Origin: Callorhinchus milii
Taxonomy: Eukaryota
Direction: 5' to 3'
DNA length: 64,000 nt
Assembly (NCBI RefSeq): GCF_018977255.1
Contig: NW_024704745.1
Location: forward strand, 9,672,001-9,736,000
Shown: positions 25,401 to 37,400 of the stretch, piece after piece
Numbering within the stretch: the first letter of the stretch is position 1
Layout of the letters: every line of letters begins with the position of its first letter
The notes under the pieces: generated by a model
What the model was told of the DNA's origin: nothing
Database searches by the model: none
What the model saw: the letters and a program-made list of their open reading frames with translations, nothing else
Position numbers and translations under genes: made by a program

Positions 25401-28400
25401 CGCAACGGCACCCAATTAAAGTTATTTGATTAGTTTCAAAGAAATTCAGATGAGGAAATATAAACTTTTTTATATAACTCCAACCCAAACAAAATAAAGG
25501 CAAACAAATCCACTAACAAACAACAAACAAATAAACAGCAAGGCTGCTATAGTGCAATTTCATGTATTTGAACGGAAACACTAATTATCAGTCATCTAAA
25601 CCATTTATTGCATTGACTTAGCCTGGGAGCTATCATTATGTTCGACTATAATTTCAAACTTTTAAAAATTGAACGGCTTCGAAAGGGGAAAGCAACCGAC
25701 TTATCTCCTACAGATTATGCAAGGTCATCAACTTAAAGCTGTGAACATGAATCATTTATTGAAATGCTTGGCTCATGCACAAGCAAAACAGCACTATGTA
25801 AGAGTAGACACAGCTAGAAAATGCAAACAGAACATTGTGAAAGAGTAGTTAGAAAGCTAATGTCACTATATGAACCTATACTTCAGAGTCTACCAGGCAA
25901 GCAATATCACATTGTGAGGACAGAATGGGTTTGGTCTTGTTTGGTGACATGCCGCAAAATTCTCGTCAAAGGCCCAACAGGCTGCCTTGCAACAGAGCTT
26001 GAAAACATGACAAAACTATGTTCAAAACTCAAGCAGACTGATGTGGTGGATTTGCAATTTGTAGTCCTGATGTTCCTTACAACGGATGCCCCACCAATAA
26101 AGGTAAGCATGTGTTACCTGCAAGAGTTGAGGCTGAAACAGAAATCCCTGAAATGTATGATCTGAGGAACACTACTTGAGAAAGAATTGCACATAGCCAA
26201 TATATTGTCATTGACTAGAATTTCATCCTTCCCTGGAGAATCCTGGCAAACCAGGTTCAATTGCAGAGATTTCATGAACAGTTCAGCATTTAATGATACA
26301 TGACACTAGTGATAAAGCATTGGCAGCTGCTGCTATTAGAACACAAATATGAAGGAAGCGTCTTGTTGTGATGGATTCCTTGTTAAGTCCCTGAAGGACA
26401 GCAAATTTATCTTGGAAGATTGACCTGCATGGAGTTCAAAACAACGCATCTACAAATGTTTGTGTTGGACTACCTCCAAGGGGCTCAAGCTCCTGAAATG
26501 TTCGGCACATTTGAACAACTATATGAGCTACATCTAAAAATAAATTCCTATAACCCAATCTTCCAGCTAAGGGGTAGTAAAGTTATAGTACATGCAAGGA
26601 TACAAGACCATGACCACCAAAGATTCCTAAATGGACTTCGGAAAGAGAAGTTTGAAGAGGTGCATCTTGTAAGTAAACCTGAGACACCTGTGTTTACAAG
26701 GCATAAAGCCAATTGGAAGCAAGCATCTTTGAGATGTATAATGGAGAGGTGGTCTCCTAGACACACACCATGGGGGTTAGCATTTCACATTTTCTTTATT
26801 GAACATAGCTACAAATGACAGATCATCTGGATCTATCACCAGTACATTCACTAAGCTGCAGTCTAGTCTTGAAGATGGTAACAGCTAATCACATTAAATG
26901 CAAGGCTAGACTGACAATCTCAATGACATTTTGAAAATGGTTTATTGGATTGTAGTCAATAATGAGGTTATACTAAGCCAGAAATGTGGCTGGGAACTGA
27001 CCATTTAGATCCTATATAGGCAAGGGAAGTGTAAGTCAGTGCAAGGTGGGTTCAGTCTATTCCTCCCTTGTTCAGTTATAAGCCTAGTTTATGCTTTATA
27101 ATTGTTTAGGTTAGATAATGGGATTCTGTGGAGTTTTTTTAGGGGTGGGGAAGAGAGGGAGAGAAGAAAATGGAACACGTGCAGAAACAATAAGAAAAGG
27201 CAACCACCACCAGAAGAAGTAGAGATTGTGATAACTAGGTTAGCATTGCTGAGCAGATCAATAAATTTTGCCAAATTACCTTAATTTTGCAATCACAAAT
27301 CCTGGAACAATATGCCCATTTTGATCCCAATTCCTGGTATAAACAATTATCATTATTTTGTTTATGAAACCAACTTACCACAGCGGAACCTGGTTTAATT
27401 CCTTCATTTCCTCCCATATGTAAAGCAGTAAACTTTATTTCTAACGTTGATTCCATCGTTCCACTACTTTCACAAGGGGAGTCATCCATAGTTTGCGTTG
27501 CATCATCAATGGGCTTATTCTGCTCAGGTACTTCATCTGGATACTGAATAAAAGTACATAAACCAGAATATCAGAGACAAAAAACTAGCTAATTTCAAAT
27601 TATTGTATCTAATTTTGTGGCAGTTAATGAATCCGTGACATTAGACAAGCATCTTAAGCAGGTAATCTTAGACTTATTATCAAATCTGGTTTCTCCAATG
27701 GAACCTTTGCATCCCTTCCAATGCTAAACTCTTCCAAGTAGATCAGTTTCCTCTTCTATGTCAAATATCTTTACTCCACAATTCTTTATGTAAAGTCCAA
27801 ATCTTGTACACTGCTCCCATTACAGGGGAGGATCTTCAAGCATCTCTTTTGTAAATAGTTAAAAGATACAGGAATACGCTTGAACTCTGTCAAGTGGTTT
27901 TCAACATGTCGCTTTCATCCCTCCCGTGGCACATTTTATTTTCTTTCTCCAGAATCAATGCTATTATGGCCATTGTCCCATTGAACTTCACTTTGTTCCT
28001 TCCAGATCCAATTACATTGTTTTCCATGCTCTACCTCAATACATTAAAATGAAAACTCATGTGTACAGAGTCCTATTGTATTTTACACAACTACAAGAAA
28101 GTGGAACCACTCACCACCCTCAAAGACATTTCTCCATTTACAAAATAGTCTTTTAAATAATGTAGCAATCGCCCAACCACTATTTCTTGATGTGTTCAGT
28201 TGCCTTTTTTAAAAGTAACCTTTGATAGCAACTTACATATGGATGCAAGTATAATAGATGTGGCCCGTCAACAAGATTTCCCTCTCCTAATATTATTAAA
28301 ACTGTAAAAGATGCTCTCAACATTTTTTAATTTATGAAAAAATTTCAATGAACACTGTGTAATTATACTACATATGTGGCATTTGAATAGTAAACATGTG

Positions 28401-31400
28401 TCCTGGAAGGTACAGGGCAAGTAAAATCCACCCGTATCCTAGTTAATAATATCTTTTACCACCATTGAAATATCTAATTTTCGAGGATCTCCCAAGGCTG
28501 GGCTGTGAAGTGCCATGAACGAGAGAGAATAAGCTGTGCACATCCTGGAAAGGCTTCATTTACTTCAAATAGGGCCAGTAATTTCGGCTACCCTGAGGAT
28601 AGATCCCAAAACTCCTGTCCTTGGAAAACACAATATTGGCTAGCAAACCCACCCACTGCAATGCATTTTCAGAAACGTGTCTGAAGAAAATCGAAAAGGG
28701 TTACATTTTAAACAGCAGGCTGTCTTTTTTCAACGTGACGTTATTTGGACGAGGGATTAATTCACATTATAAGTGCATATAAACACAATGTGCTTCACTT
28801 ACCACAGAGAAAATAGTTACCTTTTCATTTGTGGATTGCTCCTTATTCTCTGGCTGTCGTGGTGATGCAGTCACAATCTCTTGGTTACAGCTCTCAGTTG
28901 ACAGGGATCTGCGCCCCAGATTCAAGCGCTTAATTTCTGGAGTTAACTTTGTCGATTGTAGAAGAGACTCATTTTTATCTGTATCTTCATCATCACTGGA
29001 AAGAACAACTGAAAGAGACCATTAAAAGCCAATCATAATACCTTATTTCACTGAGATTTCTCAGAGATTCACAGAATTTACTGTGAAGTGTGACTATGTA
29101 TTTTGTAGGTAAATGCAGATGCCAATTAACTCACAGTAATGTCCCACAAGCAGCTATAAAGTGAATGACCGATTTTATTTGGAGGGGGGTGAAGGATTGT
29201 TCAACAGAAAACTGGGAGAACTCTGTTCTCCTTTTACAATAGTGGGAACTTTAATGTCCATCTGAAGTAAGGAACCTGCAACAATACAACAGACCTTGAG
29301 CATTGAATTGGAGTATCAGCTTAAAATATGAGTTCAAAGTCCCAAAGTTGGACTTGAACCTACAGCTTTCTGACTGAGAGGTGAGAGTGCTACCAACTGA
29401 GCCAGGCTGACACCCATTTGTTGGATTGATAAACTGTCCAAGATGCTGCCCAATATGGATTAGTATTGTTTATTTAGTATGTTTGCACTTTTGTGCGAAA
29501 CTAAGTGAACCTCAAGGCTGCAAAATATTTGGCAAAAGCATACCATAACCTTCTATTTTAAACAAAAGTGAAAACTTTATACAGCATTCTGGAAACTCAG
29601 CCATGATACATAAAACTATATTTGGTTTTCAAGTTTAAAATAAATCAATTAATTTTAAAAAGTATTTTTAAATCCTGACAATTAGTTTGCTATTTAACTA
29701 GACAGTGATTTATTATCAATTCTCAATGAAGGTGATAGAAATCTGCAGTTAAAAATGGCATCAAATATTGCAAATAAACTAAGACTTTGTTTTGTGTCAC
29801 ACTAGTTGATAGACTATTCACTTTTTTTTTAAAAGCTGCCATTGTGAATCATCAACTTTAGAATTAAAGTTAACATACTGTATTTTGTTCATTTAAGTAG
29901 GCAAATAAAAATAATTTGGAATCTGGCCAAATAATAACTTGCCTTTCACGTAGGATAACAACTCAAAACATTTGAGTGGAAATCTATGCAAAGTGGGAAA
30001 TATGGCAGTGGGGGGGGACTGAAGGTAGTGTTGATGAGGTAGGCTTTAAGAAGGGTTCTGAGACAGAAGAGGGATTTGAGAATGGAGTTCCAGAGAGTGG
30101 GGCCACAGTGCCTGAAAGCTCAGCTATCAACAGGTAGGGTGTAGGGAGCAAGGATATGCAGTAGGTTTAAGTTTGCTGAGTACAAATAGTTAGTTGAATA
30201 GTAGACTGGAAGAGGTTAGATGGGGCAAAAACAGAGGGGTTTGAAAGTTAGACCAAGAATCTTAAAGTCAATCCATTGGGAGACAGGTAAAGATCGGGGG
30301 GGGTAGGGATTGGCATGTAGAGCTTGGTGTCAGAGAGGTATGACTAGGCAAGTTTTATACAGGTATAAACCATGATGGGATCTGAATGTTTGGCTGAGCT
30401 GGAAAAATCAACCTGAAGTCCAGTGAGGAGACCATTAGAGAAATAAGGTCTGGAAGTGACTAAAGCATAAATATTGAGTTTGGGCTACAATGGAGGTTGT
30501 TGGGGGGGAAAAAATGTCTTGGTCAAAGTCTAGATACAGGAATTAAAGAAGAGCTGACGAACGAACAAAATGCCAAAATTTTGCACTAGTTACAAACTGG
30601 ACAATAAAAACAAAACAAACTTTGTGTAAATAGCTTCATGAAGTACCACCAACAGTTGAATAATACCCACTTGGTTCAATTGAAACTGGTGCTGGTTTCA
30701 AGGTGCTAGCTTGGCTGCGCAAACTGGATTCAGTTTTAAGTTCATTTGATAAAGAAATGTGCGGATATTCCTTCCCATTAATCTTCCTATCAGGCGTTGT
30801 CATTTTTGATGGGCTTTGATTGGGTAGCTCTTGATTCCTGCTATTCGGACTTTGTTGTTTAGTACTCGAGTGTGACAAAGATTGTTCATGCTGTACACAA
30901 GACTCAGGTTTGGATCCCTCCGTAGAAAGCTCCTTTTCTTCACCATTATTATTAAACAAGCTAAAGCAACAACAGTTTTCAGTTTGCTTTTTGCAGCTTG
31001 GACAAAAAATCTGTTTCTTTAATGAATCCTCGCCATTTTTCTGGAATCAAAAATACAGAGTTAAAAAAAACCTGGATTATCCCTTTCAATTGATTTGCAG
31101 CTATGATCATTATTAGGGCATTAAGCATCATCGAAACATCACCAATCACATGAGCAGTGACGCCCTACGCATGGATCATCAAGTCATGACCGTCTGTACT
31201 TGTTCAGTGCGACCTGATAACCCAGAAACCCGTTGGTAATCCTTAAGGAACCCATCTTATAAGCAAACGCACGTTATAACAAAGCAGGTTATTACCAGTA
31301 AATTAAATTTCAATTCATGCAATAAAAGTGATAGTGCTCAGCGATTAGAATAATTTTTATAAATAACAGAATATATTTTCCATCAGTGGTTTCAGTTACC

Positions 31401-34400
31401 ATGCTGAAAATCAAGTGACTGGGATTTCACTAGTTTTTGGAAAGCTAACAACATTTCCTTATATATATATATATATATATAAGGAAAAGAAAATATATAT
31501 ATAATACCGTTTAACGTATATAATATATATATGTGTTAAAACGGTTCTTTTCTGAATATAAAACCACAAATATAGTCACTACTGCCAAACTCTTTGGGTC
31601 ATCCTCCCAATGTGAAGGTAAATTTATATTATATTAAATAAGTTGCATGTTTCTACAAAAATGCGCTAACAGTTAGAAATGAAGGTATTACTAAAATTCC
31701 TGTCGACCAACCTTTGAAGGTGAAGCACTGTCAGCATCGCTTTGGCTGCAGTGATCCTGAATCGCTTTCCGCAACCTTTTGTTCCTAGGGCTTGAAAGAG
31801 GTGAATCGGTTGATGGATCTGTTTGGAGATCTGTCACATAATGGCTTTCATTAGTTGTTTTCTGTTCACATGATTTGTTTCCACCTATTATTTGTCCTGT
31901 TCTACAAGCATCTGCAATGTAAAAAACAGCTTTTTTAAAAAAATTCTATGTACACTTGTTATTGTTTGTTTCGTCCACAAAATATAGTCAATTCACTTTA
32001 CAGTATATTCTGTGCAGCGCTTTGAGATATCTCAGAGACGTTATACGAGGCTATATCAAAAGCAAGGATTATTATTATATTATATTCTAACATGACATCA
32101 TTCCTGCTAAATGAGGATTGAAAACCGGGAAATCATGGATGTTTTTGCCTTGTCTGAAAATCTGAAAATTTTAAAGTAGGGAGCTGAAACAAAACAAATA
32201 TTTCTTGCACCCCAAGAACCAGAGTAGATTTTTGCATGAAATTATCTTGGTACAATATACTCCAGGAAACATGCACAATACCAAAAGTCATATAAAACTC
32301 AGCTGCTTGCTACTAAGAACTATGTAGAAAAGTTGGTGCACAAAATCAATAAGCAATTAAAAGAAAAATGCATAAGCTAAATAATATTTGAGAAGGTATT
32401 TAAGGGTTAAATTGCACCAACACTTAAAGCCAAGCAGCGGGTGGTACAGTAGATTAGCATACTGTCCTTTAACCTCCAGCATTCGGCTTAAATCTAATCA
32501 ATCATTCTAATACAAGAACGCTAAAATATCCCAAGTGGAATTATTGGGTCATAGACATAGTTAATGGTACAAACTTTCCATAACTTAGTACAAAATTACC
32601 CAAGATAGATAATGCTCAAATACAGAACCTGACATTGGGCAGTGAATTAGTTGTAAACTAGTAAAGGGAACTTTCCTTGCATTTGAAGTATTTTAAGATG
32701 TTTTGATGTTGTATGTGCTAAATTAAATGCAATTAGTTATTTCGCAAAGTGATCCATGAATATTAGCAGGAATACAACAACTTGCACTTATATAGCACCC
32801 TCCACACAGGATAGCATCTTAGAGCGCTTAACAGTGACGGAGCCTGACTCCGAGTCGGGAGTGGGGAAGTGGCCGTAAGCACGGTCAAAGAGGAAGGATT
32901 TCAGGCAGGACTTCAGACCTTCAGAGAGGGGGCAAGGCAGAGGGATTGAAGGAGTGTGTTCCAGAGTTTCAGGGCGAAGTGGCTGAAAGCACAACCTCCG
33001 ATGTTGGGACGAAGGGTGCGAGGGTCGAGCAGGAGGCCGGTGGTGGTCGAGAGGAGTGCCGGGTGTTGGACTGGGGAATGAGGAGGTTGGAAAGGGAGGG
33101 AGGTGCCAGAGAGTGAAGGGATTTGAACACGAGTGTGAGGATCTTGAAGTTGATCCGTTCAGTGATGGGAAGCCAGTGGAGCCTGGCCAGAACTGGTGAG
33201 ATGTGGGTACGGAGTTTGGTCTGAACAAGTATGCAAAACACAGATACATTTGTGTTTGACAATCAATTTGTTGTAATATAGAACCTGCCAGTTCAATCTG
33301 TCCTTTCAATTTTCTCTACATACTAAAGAGAAAAACAATGGACCAAGTTTTCTTCTTCCTCTCCATCCATCCAAAGTTGCTGGTAATACTCTCATTCTAT
33401 GTGGCCTTCTGCTGGTACTTGAGCATGTCTGTTCATTTTAGTGGCCATTTTTCTAGTTAATATTGTTCTTCAATTATGAAGGTTCCCATACCTTCACCTT
33501 TAACATAGAAAATTAAATATCAAATGAATGCAATTTATTACCCACATGCTTGTTCTTCTGCACCACATCAATATGCTACAAAACTAGGAATGGGTTTGGA
33601 ATAAATAGTTAACTTATTGGTAACGAGCAAAATGCTAAATACCTTCAGTTGCACGCTCAGAATTTCTAAAAGGTGATATATGGTTTTCCTTTGGCTTGGT
33701 TGAATTTTCATTCTGTTTCTGGATACTGTGCTCTGATCTCCTCTCAGGCTTCACTCCACTGAAACAGAGAAGGTTGATGCAATTTACAAGGCTGATTACA
33801 TATCTCATTACCAACAATACATACTGCAGGTACCGTGCAATAATGGTGATTCCTAGTTTTCACAACCTTCAATTGCAAGAGGAGCAAATAAATGCATTAT
33901 TGAACATTAAGGATGAGCAACACTTAATTTTCAGCTTCAATATTGTTTTTAAAAACAGTAAGCCTATTAAGCCACATAATGCACGTATAGACAACGAGTA
34001 ATACAATTCCATAGTCACAATCCTCTTGCATCTCATCCAAAAGTAGTAATTCTTAACATACAAGCCTGATGGAATTTCCATTTGTGCAGTGATATACTCC
34101 TTACCTGTCCACAAAAGCAAATTGCAGAAGGTTACAGTAGTAAAAAAGAAGGAATCTTAACTGACTTTTCCCCTCCACAACCTAGGAGAACTGATGCCAA
34201 CTATAGCGTTCCAAATACAACCCTGATACCCTGATTAAGATCAGATATCTCGGGGTAGCCCATGAATCAAACCTTTGACCTTCTGGTATATATGCTTAAG
34301 TGCATACAAATACCCGGTCTCAACCTTGTTGCTGTGTGATAGTTCTAATGCAGGTTTGCAGCACTCCAAGGCACTGTTGAGCATATACCAGTTAGCCTGG

Positions 34401-37400
34401 CGTATCAGAAGGTCATGGAGGGGAAAAGTAGTCACTAAGGACAGGGTTTCATTCCATTTGGTCAACTGGGTGTCTGATACATGGGGAAATCATCACCATG
34501 CCTAAGAGTATTGAAACCAAACAGATTTCCAGGCATCTCACCTATACATGGAAATTCCAGAGCTGTTTATTGGACAGAATGCACACTCTCTCCCTGGAGG
34601 GACACATCCTGCTTACCTAATTCTGGAAAGTATTAAGCACAAGTTGGCAAGAGCCAAGGCTTGAGGATCGAGAGTGTGCGCTGGGATATTGCTTGGAGTC
34701 TAACCAATGGTAGGTAGGAACTCCCTGTGAGTTTCCTGGTGGCTTTGTTTCTGTTAACCTTGCTAATCCAAGATCTATCAGGTAGGGTGGTCCCAGCTGG
34801 ACAAACAGAAGGAAGCTTGCCAGACAGTGCCCGGCAATACCAAGTAAAGACTAATCGCTATTAATACAGTAAAACTTGAACCTTCTTTTGGATTAGTTGC
34901 AGTACCCAATTTATGTCACTAGATGGTACTGACGAGCTTCTAAAACTAACATTATGTTTTCAACACATTTACAATTCTGTCGAGTTTTCCATTTTAAATA
35001 TGAACTGCAAGTTATCACAAAAAAAGGAAATATCCCTACAATATACCACAAGCTTCTTCTCACCTGCCCTCGCCATTAGCCGATGACACTAAAAAAAATT
35101 CAGCACAGAAGCGACACGAACCGCAAAACTTCACAGAAGCAGCAGAAGAAAGAAATCCAAAACGGATTATAAACAGCAGGTCCTTTTAGTGCGTTACAAG
35201 GCTATGCTGCGATCTCTGGTTCAGATGATCTTATAAACAGAGAGATTAGTCTTCTTCAGGTGTAATGCAATTAATATTTTGAGTTTGAACTTCATTAAGA
35301 TTGTGTGTTTGTAAAATCTAACTTATTTTTAATAAGTATTTGATATAGCGTTTATCACGTCTTTTTTATTGACTGTATATGTTGTGCGAAACGCGGCAGC
35401 TAATTGCGCACAGCAGTGTCACACAAACAGCCATGGATTGAAAACGACCAATTATTATTGTCTTTGTTTTTGAAGGGATTATTATTAGATGTGTGGAGTA
35501 AGGAAACATGCCCAAGGTTTCGCCCTGCCTGGAATTGAACCCAGGTGTCTCGCTTGCAAGCCGAGTGCTCTAACCACTGAGCTACAGGACTCCAATTTTA
35601 TATGGAGAACATCACATAGAAAAATGCAAAAAGGATCAAAATCAAAGCATTCATTTCATTCACAGCTTTAGTGACAAGAGTATATATGAATTTGTATTCG
35701 TGAATCCAAACTCCAGGCAATGGCTTCCAGCAACTGTCACCCCAAGTCTCAAAGGTTCCTCATAGGCTATGCTCCAGATACCTGCCTTCAGGGAGGTGGG
35801 AGGACCTTTTCAAGACAATTTGTGATGTACCAGCTAATTTGATGTTCTAGAACCAATGGCCCCTTGTGTGTCTGTCAAGAAGTGGCCGCCCAAACATTTG
35901 TACAAGTCCAAGTAAGCACGTGTTCATTCGTTAATGTGTTTTCAGTTTTTTTCTTGATTGAATATTTCTTGATTTATGGTAATAAATAAATATTCAATCA
36001 AGAAAATTTACTTTGTTGGCCAACCATAAATGAAAAACAGAAATTATGTAATATAATCATATTTTCTTCAGCACTTGTCTCCTCTATCTACTTCAGAGTA
36101 AACAAAGAAAGTAAATTACGGGGGGGGGGGGGGGGCGGGCAGAACAGGTTGTTGTTCACGTCTATACCATAATTCAAGTATGAAACAAGAGTGGGTGAAG
36201 AGGGAAAGGAGAGAGAAGAGGGAGAAATGGGAGACTACATTGAACACGTTTCAAGGTCCATCTTGAAACTAAAACAGGCCATCTTCTTCTGAAGCCAAAA
36301 ATGCTCAGAAAGTAATGACAAGCCTCTACAAATTGAGTGGGGCTTAACAATCGTGGCTTGGCACCCAAACTGGTGAGAGCCGAGGTTGGTGGGGAGGGGA
36401 GAGAATACTGAAAGCGCAGGCAAAGAGGTAGGTCTGGAGACAGACCTTGAATGAGGTGAGGGAAGGAGGGACTCTGGGATGAAATTCCAGAGGATTGGGA
36501 CAGGTAGGATATCAGCTGGACCAGTGATTTTAACCAATTTAAGCATTTGTTTGGAACCAGAAGTGTTAGTCAGGGTAACTGGCCCAAGATCCCAGTCACC
36601 TCCCTGCTGACCAAGATGTTAGATGGAACTTTCAATGAAATCCAAAGCAGCAAGCATGTTATATTGAAGCCTCCTTGCTATTTGCTGATGCCCAAGTTCC
36701 TTGGAAAATACTGCTAATATAAGAGCACAATGCCTTTTCCCCAGCCACAGAGAATGACATTTAGCCTGTCTCAATTAATGCTTTTAAACACATTTGGCTC
36801 ATTGCTGCCTATAATGTCCTATCTTAGAAATATGTTGAGTTGCACATCAGGATTATTTCTTCTTTAAGAGGTTTGAAATGATATGAGGATAGGGCAGGGC
36901 AATAGGATTGAAAGTGCAGCTTACTCTGAGAGCAGACGCGATGGGTTGAATGGCCTCCTTCTGCACTGTAAATTTTAATCATTCTTAAGATTTAGACAGA
37001 ACTAACTGAACCAAGATCCCGACTACCTGTTTCGGTGGATGTTAAAGAGCCCATGGCACTATTTGAAAAGAGAAGGGAGTTTCTCCCGGGGTCCTGGCCA
37101 ACAATCCCCAAATTTGAAAAATGGTAATTCACTTCAAATGTTTATTGGACATTTGCTGTGTACAATTGGGTCACCACTTTCATCTACACATTAATTCCAC
37201 TTCACAGTAAATCCTGTGAAGCACTCCCAGTACAACCCCTGACGGGAAAGGTGGTACACCAAACACAAGGAGTAATTAAGTACAGAGGTTGGCAAGATCG
37301 CAATGGTGAGGCCTTACAGGGCTCACGAGCATTTAGCCACTAAATACCTCAAGAACCCACCTGCTGAATAAAATGTTGGATTGACTGGCTTGGTGAGATG

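Noticed and set aside
27620-28180. Coding-like patch, possibly an L1/Tx1 relic
   Set aside because: I could not recover convincing ordered motifs.
31200-31300. Possible Tc1/mariner-type MITE (also ~35165-35270)
   Set aside because: TIRs and TSD could not be defined by eye.
36121-36140. Long G runs (also ~46720, ~48935, ~49955)
   Set aside because: Simple homopolymers with unreliable lengths; no specific evidence of function.
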